Source: Alphaproteobacteria bacterium (lineage in GTDB: Bacteria; Pseudomonadota; Alphaproteobacteria; UBA11073). Taken from it: a stretch of 64,000 nucleotides of DNA. The notes beneath the pieces were generated by a model. That model was not told the DNA's origin and did not search any database. It was given only the letters and a program-made list of their open reading frames with translations. A program made the translations under genes and the position numbers. Positions 1 through 9,039 of this stretch are shown here, piece by piece. How positions within the stretch are numbered: position 1 is the first letter of the stretch; every line of letters starts with the position of its first letter. Location: positions 1,566,642 through 1,630,641 of the forward strand of contig OZ251979.1 in assembly GCA_965246755.1 (NCBI GenBank). The letters run 5' to 3'.

Positions 1-60
1 CTTTTGCGGGCCGGACAGGCCGCGGTAATCTTCGCGTAATTTAACGGGTGCCGTTGCCAT
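1..60 (-). CDS. fliG: Flagellar motor switch protein FliG, N-terminal fragment running off the left edge
   Basis: Reverse-strand ATG at 58-60; translation MATAPVKLREDYRGLSGPQK matches the FliG N-terminus (LSGPQKAAI motif region); lies directly downstream of fliF as expected. Confidence 0.55.
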   Translation of the reverse strand, partial: MATAPVKLREDYRGLSGPQK

Positions 61-70
61 GTCCTATGCC

Positions 71-1774
71 TTACCTGTTCGGATCCTGATACAGCCAGTT
101 ACGTAAAATACCCACGGCCTGTTCAGGATGTTTATCGACAATTTCACTGACCTTTTTAAGTGATGACGCGCGCACGCGGCCCTCCACCTGTTCCAGATTG
201 ATCATGCGGTCGATTTCACTTTCCACGCCAAGCGCGCGGCTGGCATCAACTTCATAACCGCCGCCGGGGCCGGATAGCTGACCCATGCCACCACCACCAC
301 TTTGATCGGTTAGCAGATTACCAGATGACGGTGGTGCAAAACCGCCGCTGCCCCCACCGCCACCGCCGCCGGCTGGCGCCGCCATAACTTTGGTGGTTAG
401 CGGGCGTACTACCAGTAGGATAAACAGGATGGCGACCAGACCCAAAATGACCGTCTCTAGCATTTTACCGAGGTCGTCTTTATTAAGGCCGAGTGGGAGT
501 GCCTTTTCCGGTGCAGCCTCTTCATCACGCGCGAATTGCATATTTTCCAGCTTCACGCTGTCACCGCGTTTTTCATCAAAGCCAATCGCGCTTTTAACCA
601 GATCTTCCAGCTTTTTAATTTCTTCCGGGCTGCGCGGCGCATAGGCCGTTTTGCCATCCTTATCCGGCGCGCTGTAGGTGCCGTCGATCAAGACCGCGAC
701 AGACATCTTTTTAACCTGGCCGATTTCCTTGACCGAGCTGATGACCGTTTTGCCAACTTCATAATTGGTGGTTTCCTCGGTACGGTCGCCGCTAGTGGCA
801 TTACCGCCGGCGCCGCTGGCGCTGGATTTACTTTCCGGCAAGTTATTGGCCACGCTGACCGCGCCGCCACTACCACCCTCACTTGACGTGTTTTTATCAC
901 TGACGGTTTGTGTGGAACGTGCCACCTGGCCTTCCGGATCATATTTTTCCTGGCTGGTGGTGACGCGGTCAAAATCTAGGTCGGCCGTCACGGTCGCCCG
1001 CACTTTACCGAAACCCACTGTGCGGCCCAACAAATCCTCAATGTCACGTACGACACGCGCCTCATAATTATGGCGATTTTCATCCGCCGTCATGCCGCCA
1101 ATCAAGCTTTGGTCACCACCGTCATCACCGCCGCGCGCGAGCAGGTTGCCATTATTATCAATGATGGAAATTGCGTTAGGTTTTAAGCCGGGTACTGCGG
1201 CGGCCACTAGATGTTGCACGGCGGCAATCTGTTCGCGCCCCATCGCATTGGAATTTTTAAGCGTTAAAAAAACGCTAGCGGTCGAAGGTTCGGTTTCTTT
1301 GGCGAATAGTTCATGATACGGTAATACCAGGTGCACGCGTGCGGCTTTAACACCTTGCAGTGATGAAATGGTCCGTGCCAGCTCGCCTTCCAGCGCGCGC
1401 ACCTGATTAATATTCTGGACAAAGCTGGTGGTGCCAAAACCGTTTTGCTTATCAAAAATTTCGTAACCGACCCCACCGCCGGATGGCAAACCATCTCCCG
1501 CCAGCGTCATGCGTAACTTGCCAACCTGATCGGCAGGCACCTTAATCTGCGAGCCATCTGCCGACACGGTAAATGGCACCTGCAAAGCATCCAGCTTGGC
1601 GGTGATTGCGCCGGCATCCGATGTAGGCAGATCATTATATAACAGGGCCATCTGGCCGGTTGACATGCGCGAGGTTAAAAAGAAAAAGAAGACCAGCATG
1701 CCAACCATGACAGCACCCATCAAACCCAGCCGCGCCGGACCCAGATTACGCAGAGTTTGCATCAAGCCGCCCAT
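71..1774 (-). CDS. fliF: Flagellar M-ring protein FliF
   Basis: 567-aa ORF; N-terminal TM segment, YNDL motif, central periplasmic domains, Gly-rich C-terminal region, second TM; typical FliF length. Confidence 0.9.
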   Translation of the reverse strand: MGGLMQTLRNLGPARLGLMGAVMVGMLVFFFFLTSRMSTGQMALLYNDLPTSDAGAITAKLDALQVPFTVSADGSQIKVPADQVGKLRMTLAGDGLPSGGGVGYEIFDKQNGFGTTSFVQNINQVRALEGELARTISSLQGVKAARVHLVLPYHELFAKETEPSTASVFLTLKNSNAMGREQIAAVQHLVAAAVPGLKPNAISIIDNNGNLLARGGDDGGDQSLIGGMTADENRHNYEARVVRDIEDLLGRTVGFGKVRATVTADLDFDRVTTSQEKYDPEGQVARSTQTVSDKNTSSEGGSGGAVSVANNLPESKSSASGAGGNATSGDRTEETTNYEVGKTVISSVKEIGQVKKMSVAVLIDGTYSAPDKDGKTAYAPRSPEEIKKLEDLVKSAIGFDEKRGDSVKLENMQFARDEEAAPEKALPLGLNKDDLGKMLETVILGLVAILFILLVVRPLTTKVMAAPAGGGGGGGSGGFAPPSSGNLLTDQSGGGGMGQLSGPGGGYEVDASRALGVESEIDRMINLEQVEGRVRASSLKKVSEIVDKHPEQAVGILRNWLYQDPNR

Positions 1775-2101
1775 GATTTCGTCCCCACCTGATATTACGT
1801 CTTACAAATTACGCCTCATTGATTAACAAAGCGTGAACCCAGGCAAATTTTGCCTACCCCATTTTTATGATCGGTGATTCTGAAAGCCTGTACAATCAAT
1901 GATTTATACGCCGTTTGTTTCGTTAAAATTTATCACAAATACCATCATTCATATATTATTAACTATTTGAAATCGTTATGTATTTTTATAGTACGGGCTG
2001 TTTTTACTTGATTTTATTGTAGTTTTTTGCTAGTATGCATAATAGGGGTTAAAAATACCCTTGGGAATTAACAAAAGGCCACAGCAAGAAAAGAGGCCAC
2101 A

Positions 2102-2539
2102 ATGGGAAATTTTGACATCACGGCAGTAGGATCTGCCACGACTCCATTTGCGGCCAACAAGGTCAGCACGCGTTTTGAACAGGCGGCCCAACCTCTCGAA
2201 ACGCCAAAACAGAATATAAACGCTCTTTCGCCGGGCCAAGCGGTTTATTTCTCGCCCGCTTTTAAATACGATGCTGAAGCGCAAGTGGTTATTTATGTGC
2301 AGCGCAACATTGAAACCGGCAATGTCATCAATCAATATCCATCCAAAAAAGTTGTCGAGCAATACCGGCAAACTGCGCAGGAAGGCAAAAAAACGGCCGC
2401 CCCGTTAAATTCAACAGTGATTGTACCAGCTGCGCCAAAAACGACTACGACAGCTAAAACGCTTCCTGTAGCACCTGTCCCAACAAGCACTGCAACCGCG
2501 CCGCAAGATGTCGTCGCGCCAGTACAAAGTGATGTTTAA
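2102..2539 (+). CDS. FlaG-like flagellar protein
   Basis: 145-aa ORF divergent from fliF; segment AEAQVVIYVQRNIETGNVINQYPSKKVVEQY fits the FlaG family pattern (D..G..VV.V.D..TGEVIRQIP.EEVL); Pro/Thr/Ala-rich C-terminal tail. Confidence 0.45.
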   Translation: MGNFDITAVGSATTPFAANKVSTRFEQAAQPLETPKQNINALSPGQAVYFSPAFKYDAEAQVVIYVQRNIETGNVINQYPSKKVVEQYRQTAQEGKKTAAPLNSTVIVPAAPKTTTTAKTLPVAPVPTSTATAPQDVVAPVQSDV

Positions 2540-2583
2540 CATCACATAAATTTTCTTTGAAATCTTGGCAGGCTGACTTCCGC

Positions 2584-4686
2584 TTAGGCGCTGGTATTAA
2601 CGCGGTTGCCGACCAGTGAAATCAAATCACTGCTGGAGCCGCTGCCATCCAAGATACTGGAATAAATAGAGGTTTTGGTATTGGTGCCATCCGCATCAGA
2701 GGCGGCCAGAAAACGTTTGATAAACTGGTCGACAAACTTGGGGTCTTTGAGCTTTTTAATGTCAAGATGACGCGAGAAAACCGCTTCTTGGGTTTCAATC
2801 GGCTGTTTGGCCATGCTGGTCGGCAATTGGAATACCTTGGCCACTACATCATGCAGGGCCTTGTCACCCATCAGATTATACATGTTGGTGATCGCGCCAG
2901 CATGTTTTTTAAAATAAACCGCGTAACGCAAAGCATTATTTTCATCACCCAAAGCGACTTCATACTGACTGGATCGATAATTTTTCTTTAACGTATCCAA
3001 AAAGGACATGGTGGTGGTGTTTTTAGCGTCCGCCGCCAAAGTGCTGGAGGGGCGATAAGTGGTCGTGCCAGCCTGGCCACTGTCGGTAAAATAACCAGTT
3101 TTATCGATAGCTTCCAGCAAAGCCGCCGGCTTCTCAAAGCTGGCGTTGGCAAGCTGATAAAGATTAATCTTTTTGGTTCCACTGCCATCCGCTTTGTTAT
3201 ATGTGGCACTGACAATACCGTTTTTATCGATATCGACGCTGGTGCGCTGGCCCAGTGCAATACTATCCATGGCAATCGGCTTAATCGCGTAATTGCCGCC
3301 GGCACGGCTGGTCATACCTGAAAAATCAATGCTGAGCGTTGACGGCCCGTAGCCGCGCTGCCAGTCAACCGCGACGCTGGCACTTTGCACGCTGTCGCCT
3401 GTTTTAATTTCAATCTTATTGGTATCCGTATTATAAGTGCCGGCGATTTTGACAGTGCCATCATTATTAAACTGAACATCAAGCGTACCGCCCAGCGTAT
3501 TCAAATCATCATTGTAGACCTTGACCTGCCAACGATTGGTACCAGCATCAACCTTGTTATATTCCAATCTCACGTTGCGTTTTAAACCGGTTTGATCATA
3601 AACGCCGGTCGTTTGCGAGAAATCAGCATGGTGCGCGAGCGATTTTAAATCAAATGCCTCTGTTGTGGTGCCGCCGGACCAGGTAAGGCTGGACGACAGG
3701 CTGGTTTTGCTGTCGCCATATATGGTGCTTAACTCACCATCGCTGCCAAACCCCAACGCATGAGTTCCAGATGTCAGCACGTTATTGCTACTGTCGGTGA
3801 CTGTAAAGCTCCACTGGTTGGTACTGCTGTCCGCACGGTTCAGCTTGACTTGAATAACCTGAGTGGCGCCGCTGGGATCCTTGACCGTTTGCGCCACACT
3901 GTAGGAATTGATGTTGGCAACTGGCTGGTCGCTATTTAAAATTGTTTGCGGTATCAGCGTTTGCGTGGGGGTAAATTTATTGTCAAACCAATTGACTTGG
4001 ACCGGTTTTATTTCCGCAGTTTGATATCCTTTTACCGCATTTGCTGCCGGCTGCAGCTGGCCGCGATTGTCCAGTTTCATGCCCATGGCATAAAATTTAT
4101 CCGCTGCCTGCAATTTACCATCCGCACCGACGGTTACCGACGCATTATTGCTGAACAAAGTTTTGATGGCGTCGCCGGTTGCTGTCTGTGACTGTACTTC
4201 AAAATAACGGTTGCCAATGGATTGCAACTTGAATTCATCCTTGCTGGTCGCGGTCTGCAGATTGGTCAGCCCGACATTAAAGATGTTCAAGTCTTTGGCC
4301 ATTTTGGCAAAGCGGCTGTCAGCCAGCTTGTTAACAAGTGAAGCCTTTAGGTTAGGGTCCTCCTTAAAAACTTTAGCTAAAATACCGGTTTTATTGGCTT
4401 CGGATTGCAAACCATAAGCGGTTAGCACATAGCCCACCAGCCGGCGGTCTTTTAAAAAATCATCGACAGATTTAATGGTTTTGATGGTTTTGTCGAAATA
4501 ATCCTGCTCACGTTTGATTTGCGGCGCGGCGGCAACTGTGGCCAGTTCTTTGGTATCGCCATTTTTTTGCAAAATGCCATAGGCGGCCTGCGCGGATAAA
4601 TCGCCTAAACCAGCCAAACCCGGTATGATGATCGAATTGATCGATGTCATCGCAATACAGTGACCTTTCTCGTCTGGCCGATGCAA
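2584..4686 (-). CDS. Flagellar-cluster protein with two DUF1217 domains (N- and C-terminal) flanking a ~400-aa FlgE-like (hook D1/D2-like) core; alternative start at 4650 (MTSINSII)
   Basis: N-terminal DYFDKTIKTIKSVDDFLKDRRLVGYVLTAYGL and C-terminal MGDKALHDVVAKVFQLP...DPKFVDQFIKRFL resemble DUF1217; internal SVDIDKNGIVSATYNKADGSGTKKINLYQLANASF is clearly homologous to the adjacent FlgE (GVEIDKDGIVSATFSNGTFAKLYKIPLATF). Confidence 0.7.
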   Translation of the reverse strand: MHRPDEKGHCIAMTSINSIIIPGLAGLGDLSAQAAYGILQKNGDTKELATVAAAPQIKREQDYFDKTIKTIKSVDDFLKDRRLVGYVLTAYGLQSEANKTGILAKVFKEDPNLKASLVNKLADSRFAKMAKDLNIFNVGLTNLQTATSKDEFKLQSIGNRYFEVQSQTATGDAIKTLFSNNASVTVGADGKLQAADKFYAMGMKLDNRGQLQPAANAVKGYQTAEIKPVQVNWFDNKFTPTQTLIPQTILNSDQPVANINSYSVAQTVKDPSGATQVIQVKLNRADSSTNQWSFTVTDSSNNVLTSGTHALGFGSDGELSTIYGDSKTSLSSSLTWSGGTTTEAFDLKSLAHHADFSQTTGVYDQTGLKRNVRLEYNKVDAGTNRWQVKVYNDDLNTLGGTLDVQFNNDGTVKIAGTYNTDTNKIEIKTGDSVQSASVAVDWQRGYGPSTLSIDFSGMTSRAGGNYAIKPIAMDSIALGQRTSVDIDKNGIVSATYNKADGSGTKKINLYQLANASFEKPAALLEAIDKTGYFTDSGQAGTTTYRPSSTLAADAKNTTTMSFLDTLKKNYRSSQYEVALGDENNALRYAVYFKKHAGAITNMYNLMGDKALHDVVAKVFQLPTSMAKQPIETQEAVFSRHLDIKKLKDPKFVDQFIKRFLAASDADGTNTKTSIYSSILDGSGSSSDLISLVGNRVNTSA

Positions 4687-4761
4687 AACTTTACATCGTC
4701 ACCTGCCTTCTGGCAGATGTTAATACTCTTAATATTATGCCTGAAAAAGCTTGCGGAAGTC

Positions 4762-5154
4762 TTACGATGCGACCGCGGCGGGTTCGGCAACGCGGCTTTT
4801 CGGTTTCAATCCTTCAATAATATGCTTGTTAACATCAATCAAACCATCCAAGGCGATGGTCTCGCTGTTAAGAATCCGAAATGTTTCCCGGTCTACCCAA
4901 TGCGACAAATCAATCAACTGCGTTTTAAGGACTAGCGGCAGGCCATTGTCAGGATTGGATAAATCCAGACGAAACACCGCCCATACCTCCCGGTTCCAGC
5001 AAACCGTATCAACTCGCTTGGCAACATCAGTTGGCGCGGCTTCCGCATCCATCAGCGCTGCCGTAACCTGGCCTAACAAGCGATATTCAACATCACGGCC
5101 GGAACCGGGACTAGCTTCCAGATTTTGGGTTTTGGTGTAAGCGTTATAAGACAT
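4762..5154 (-). CDS. flaF: Flagellar biosynthesis regulator FlaF
   Basis: 130-aa ORF MSYNAYTKTQNLEASPGSGRDVEYRLLGQVTAALMDA..., typical FlaF N-terminus, size and position next to flgE. Confidence 0.7.
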   Translation of the reverse strand: MSYNAYTKTQNLEASPGSGRDVEYRLLGQVTAALMDAEAAPTDVAKRVDTVCWNREVWAVFRLDLSNPDNGLPLVLKTQLIDLSHWVDRETFRILNSETIALDGLIDVNKHIIEGLKPKSRVAEPAAVAS

Positions 5155-5244
5155 GAGAGTTCTTCCCTGTGTATGTGTCAGCTTTTGATTTTAACGTCAA
5201 AATTTTAACAAATTATGAACGTTTATAAAAGCGGCTTTACTGCT

Positions 5245-5271
5245 GAAAAAAAGCCCCGCGTTCTGCGGGGC
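5245..5271 (-). terminator. Rho-independent terminator downstream of flgE
   Basis: GC hairpin gccccgcgttctgcggggc followed on the minus strand by a T-run (A7 on the plus strand at 5245-5252). Confidence 0.6.
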
Positions 5272-5307
5272 TGAGTTTGGTGGGTGGGAAAGAAACCGTC
5301 TGGTTAA

Positions 5308-6585
5308 TTAACGGATTTGCAACAGCGCATCGAGCATTTGGTCGGCGGTGGTAATTACCTTGGTACCAGCTGAATAAGCGCGCTGTGTTACAATCATGTT
5401 CGCAAATTCATCGGCCAGATCGACGTTGGAAGTTTCCAGCGAGGTTGGCGCGATCTGCCCTGCCCCGGCTTGGCCGGCTTCGCGCAGATTATAGTCGCCA
5501 CTGGCAGAGGTGACGCTATAGGCGTTACCGGATTGCTCTTCTAGGCCGTTTGGCGCGGTAAAGGTTGCCAACGGTATCTTGTATAATTTGGCAAAGGTAC
5601 CGTTACTAAAGGTTGCCGACACTATACCGTCTTTGTCGATTTCAACCCCGGTTCTAAGCCCTAAGGCCGCACCATCCTGAGTGATGCTGGTAACATTATA
5701 AGACGCTTGATATTGGGTGACTGCCGACAGGTCCAAGTCGATCGCTTGCGTGCTTGAGCCATTACCCCAGTTAATACCGGTAATGTTAATGTCGGTTGTA
5801 GTGGCGCTACCCGCGATCGCGTTCAATTTACCATTACCATCGAATGACAATACTTTCGGCGTGCCTAAACTGGCACCAGCGGCATTGGTCACATTCAACA
5901 GCCACTGGTTCGGCCCAGTCGTGCCCGCATTATTGACATTGGTGTGGGAAAACTTCAGCGTTATAGTCTGCGCGGCGCCGAGCGAGTCAAAGACCGTAAT
6001 CTGGCGTGAAAAGCTGGCTGGAGTCGCAGTAGCTGGCGTTGCCACTGTTTGCAAGACATCATCCGATTTTAAGTTTAGCGCAACGTTAGCATTGTTGGTG
6101 GCCTTGGTCTGACCGCCCAGGAATGAGACGTTGACCGGCTCAAGGCTGCTTAAGTTGGCGTTGGCGGACGGAATATTGCCGGCATTGTCCAGCGGCCAGC
6201 CATACAGCACCATGCCCGCCGTGTTGCGCAACAAGCCATTATTATCTTCCTGAAATGAACCGGCGCGTGTGTACAAAAACGGCTCATCATCAGTCGCATT
6301 CTGGCGCACCACGATAAAGCCTTCGCCGGAAATTGCGAGGTCGGTTGCCGACGCGGTTTGTTGCAAGACGCCTTGGGCATCAACTGATGATTTAGTATTC
6401 GCCAAGACACCACCTGGTGAATAAGCGCCGCCGCTGGCTGAGGTGACCAGTGAACTGAAATCAGTGTTGACCTTTTTATAACCAATCGTCCCGACATTCG
6501 CGATGTTATTGGAAATGGTTGACATTTTTTGACTTTGCGCGCTAAGCGCGGAAACCCCAGTAAATAATGCGCCGAATAATGACAT
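5308..6585 (-). CDS. flgE: Flagellar hook protein FlgE
   Basis: MSLFGALFTGVSALSAQSQKMSTISNNIANVGTIGYK N-terminal rod/hook motif; C-terminal NMIVTQRAYSAGTKVITTADQMLDALLQIR. Confidence 0.9.
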   Translation of the reverse strand: MSLFGALFTGVSALSAQSQKMSTISNNIANVGTIGYKKVNTDFSSLVTSASGGAYSPGGVLANTKSSVDAQGVLQQTASATDLAISGEGFIVVRQNATDDEPFLYTRAGSFQEDNNGLLRNTAGMVLYGWPLDNAGNIPSANANLSSLEPVNVSFLGGQTKATNNANVALNLKSDDVLQTVATPATATPASFSRQITVFDSLGAAQTITLKFSHTNVNNAGTTGPNQWLLNVTNAAGASLGTPKVLSFDGNGKLNAIAGSATTTDINITGINWGNGSSTQAIDLDLSAVTQYQASYNVTSITQDGAALGLRTGVEIDKDGIVSATFSNGTFAKLYKIPLATFTAPNGLEEQSGNAYSVTSASGDYNLREAGQAGAGQIAPTSLETSNVDLADEFANMIVTQRAYSAGTKVITTADQMLDALLQIR

Positions 6586-6630
6586 GGTATGCTCTCCCGT
6601 AGTGTTTTGTGTTGGTGGTTCGATTGCGTG

Positions 6631-7302
6631 TTAAACGTTGCTGCCTGGTAAACTGGCTGAAAGGATTTTGGTCAAATCGGTTGGGATTTTGCCTAACATT
6701 AACTGCAAAGTGCCATCAGCGGCGTTCTGCACGCCGGTTACGCGATTGGTGACATAGGTCGTGGCAGCAACGGAACTGCCGTCTGCTGCCAATGATCCGA
6801 CCGATAGATGATATTGTCCCGCTTTAACAGCATTACCGTCATTATCGGTGCCGTCCCACACCGCAGTGTGACTGCCGATGGCGGTATCGCCATTGAGCGT
6901 TTTAACCAGGTTACCTTTATCATCGATGATGCCGATTTGCGTTTTGTTGGCGGTGCCAGCCAAGCTGTAGTCAATGTTGTAATTACCGCTGGCTGCATAG
7001 TTGAAATCATTGCCCGCCGTTTTAACATCGAGCCCGATATAGCTGAGCGCCGCCTGGGTCTGGATATTGCCTTGCAGGTTGACAAGGTTGGTCAGCTTGT
7101 CATTCATTTTGATCTGCTGTTCAACCTGGCTGTATTGCACCAGCTGCTGGGTAAACTGATTGGTATCGGTCGGCGCCAAAGGATCCTGGTTTTTCAATTG
7201 CGTGGTGAGCAATTTTAAAAACGTGTCGAAGTTGCCCGATAAAGATGTGGCATCTTTTTTAGTGGCGGTTGCTGACAGTGCAGCGTTGATTGCGTCAACC
7301 AT
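6631..7302 (-). CDS. flgD: Flagellar hook assembly/capping protein FlgD
   Basis: FDTFLKLLTTQLKNQDPLAPTDTNQFTQQLVQYSQVEQ motif; C-terminal FlgD Ig-like region with HTAVWDGTDNDGNAVKAGQY. Confidence 0.85.
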   Translation of the reverse strand: MVDAINAALSATATKKDATSLSGNFDTFLKLLTTQLKNQDPLAPTDTNQFTQQLVQYSQVEQQIKMNDKLTNLVNLQGNIQTQAALSYIGLDVKTAGNDFNYAASGNYNIDYSLAGTANKTQIGIIDDKGNLVKTLNGDTAIGSHTAVWDGTDNDGNAVKAGQYHLSVGSLAADGSSVAATTYVTNRVTGVQNAADGTLQLMLGKIPTDLTKILSASLPGSNV

Positions 7303-7313
7303 TGGTCGTCCCC

Positions 7314-8756
7314 TTATATTTTGACATCAACCCGGCCGTCATTGGTGGTGCCGTGTGGCAGCATCGCAAAGGTGCGGGTGACAGTATCTGTGTTTGATGT
7401 TGCAAGCATTGTGCCAAATGCATCATTGTGCGCGGCGGATTTGTGATTGTTTTGCTGTGGTGATTGTCCGCCGTCACGCAAACTGAAACTTAACGTATCG
7501 GCATTGGTATCAAGACCGGCGCTTTGCAACGCGGTTGTTAACGCATCTCCATCTTTTTGCATCAGCTCTAACGTGTCGGCTTTATCAGCGGCGATGTGCG
7601 CCTTGATACGGCCGCCATCAAAACGCAGACGCACTTCAATGCGGCCAAGCTCTTGCGGTTGCAATTGAATAAGCATGGTCTGATTATGACCGCTGAGCGC
7701 CAGTTTTTGCATTTGCACGCTGACCATAACGCTGGCAGGATGAACCGGGGTGGCGGTCCGGGCTTGCTGGGCCAGATAGGCATCCAGTTTTTCTGTGGTG
7801 ATATTAGTATTGTTGGTTGGCAGTGTTTGGGAAATCAACTGCATTGGCATAGTGTCCAAATTTTTATTATCGCTGGTTAGCAGCGGATTAAATTTGTCAT
7901 CACTAACCGCCGCCACCGCAATAGCTGGCTGTTCAACAACCGCGTTAGAAACTTCGGTCAGGTTAAGTATTTTTTCAGGTGCTGGAATGTCGCCGGCGGC
8001 CTCTATAGCATGCGGCGCCCGCAGATGTCCGGCCACGCGTGTCATGTACATAATCCCCGGATCTTTAACCGGTGTTAAGCTGACATTGGCATCGTTATCA
8101 GCCTGGGGCAGGCGTGCGGTGGTCGCCGCCACAGGATTTTCTGAAACGTCCGCAGTGTTTGTGCCATCATCATGTGCAACCGGCGCGGCTTGATCGGCGG
8201 ATTTCGCCAGCAACTGCTTGACCTTATCGTTCAAAGTCACGAGCAGGCTGGGGTCGTTGGTTGCGGTCATCTTACCCAACAGGTCTTTGAAACCTTGCGT
8301 TTGTGCGGCATCAGTGGCGGCAAATTTTTCGAGATCTTTTAAAACCGCCGGATCGAACTTGGCTGTTAGATCAGCTGATAATGTGTTGCCTTTGCTTAAC
8401 GCAGCCAAGGCGGCGCTCACATCGCCGGCTAACAGCTGGCCTGACATCAATTGTTGCAGATTTGGAAACTGCTGCAACAACGCTGCCAGCTTAGCCGTTT
8501 CGGCGTCGGATAGTTTTAAATCCTGATTGTCTTTGTGAGGTGTCGCCAGATTTTGAACTTTTTTCAGCAAGGCACTGCCTTTATCATTAAGCGCAGCCAA
8601 TTGACTGTCACCGGACAAAGCCGCCATTAGTTGCTGCAGAAAATCTTGCGGCGTATCTTGTTTATCAGCGATCACGGCACTGTTTTTAGCAGGGGCTGGC
8701 GCAGCCTGATTAACAAAAGTGGTGATTTGTGGTAATGCAGCCATGATGGATCCCAA
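7314..8756 (-). CDS. fliK: Flagellar hook-length control protein FliK
   Basis: Low-complexity N-terminal region; C-terminal Flg_hook-type domain (QPQELGRIEVRLRFDGGRIKAHIAADKADTLELMQKDGDALTTALQSAGL); position after flgD. Confidence 0.7.
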   Translation of the reverse strand: MGSIMAALPQITTFVNQAAPAPAKNSAVIADKQDTPQDFLQQLMAALSGDSQLAALNDKGSALLKKVQNLATPHKDNQDLKLSDAETAKLAALLQQFPNLQQLMSGQLLAGDVSAALAALSKGNTLSADLTAKFDPAVLKDLEKFAATDAAQTQGFKDLLGKMTATNDPSLLVTLNDKVKQLLAKSADQAAPVAHDDGTNTADVSENPVAATTARLPQADNDANVSLTPVKDPGIMYMTRVAGHLRAPHAIEAAGDIPAPEKILNLTEVSNAVVEQPAIAVAAVSDDKFNPLLTSDNKNLDTMPMQLISQTLPTNNTNITTEKLDAYLAQQARTATPVHPASVMVSVQMQKLALSGHNQTMLIQLQPQELGRIEVRLRFDGGRIKAHIAADKADTLELMQKDGDALTTALQSAGLDTNADTLSFSLRDGGQSPQQNNHKSAAHNDAFGTMLATSNTDTVTRTFAMLPHGTTNDGRVDVKI

Positions 8757-9039
8757 TAAATTCCATCAATCCCATGCAAGCGGTATGCCAAATAAACAGA
8801 TACACCATCGCTAGTAAAACCTATCTTAAATTTTGCTAAAATGTTAATTATTTATGAAAGTAATTGTTTCGTTTGAAAAAGGCGCAAATTTTATGTATAA
8901 CATAATTGTTACATGAACTGAGATTAAGATGAAATTTACAAGGCTATGCCTTGTAAACAATAGGTTATGGGATATATCTCATGTCTATATTTAATTTTGT
9001 GACTGTGGCGTAACATCTGGCAAAGGTAAAGTAAAAATT

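Noticed and set aside
390-1494. Several 70-116-aa ORFs (390-644, 536-886, 688-972, 765-1067, 1092-1316, 1264-1494) overlapping fliF
   Set aside because: They are entirely embedded in or antisense to the well-supported fliF ORF; composition-driven open frames in GC-rich DNA.
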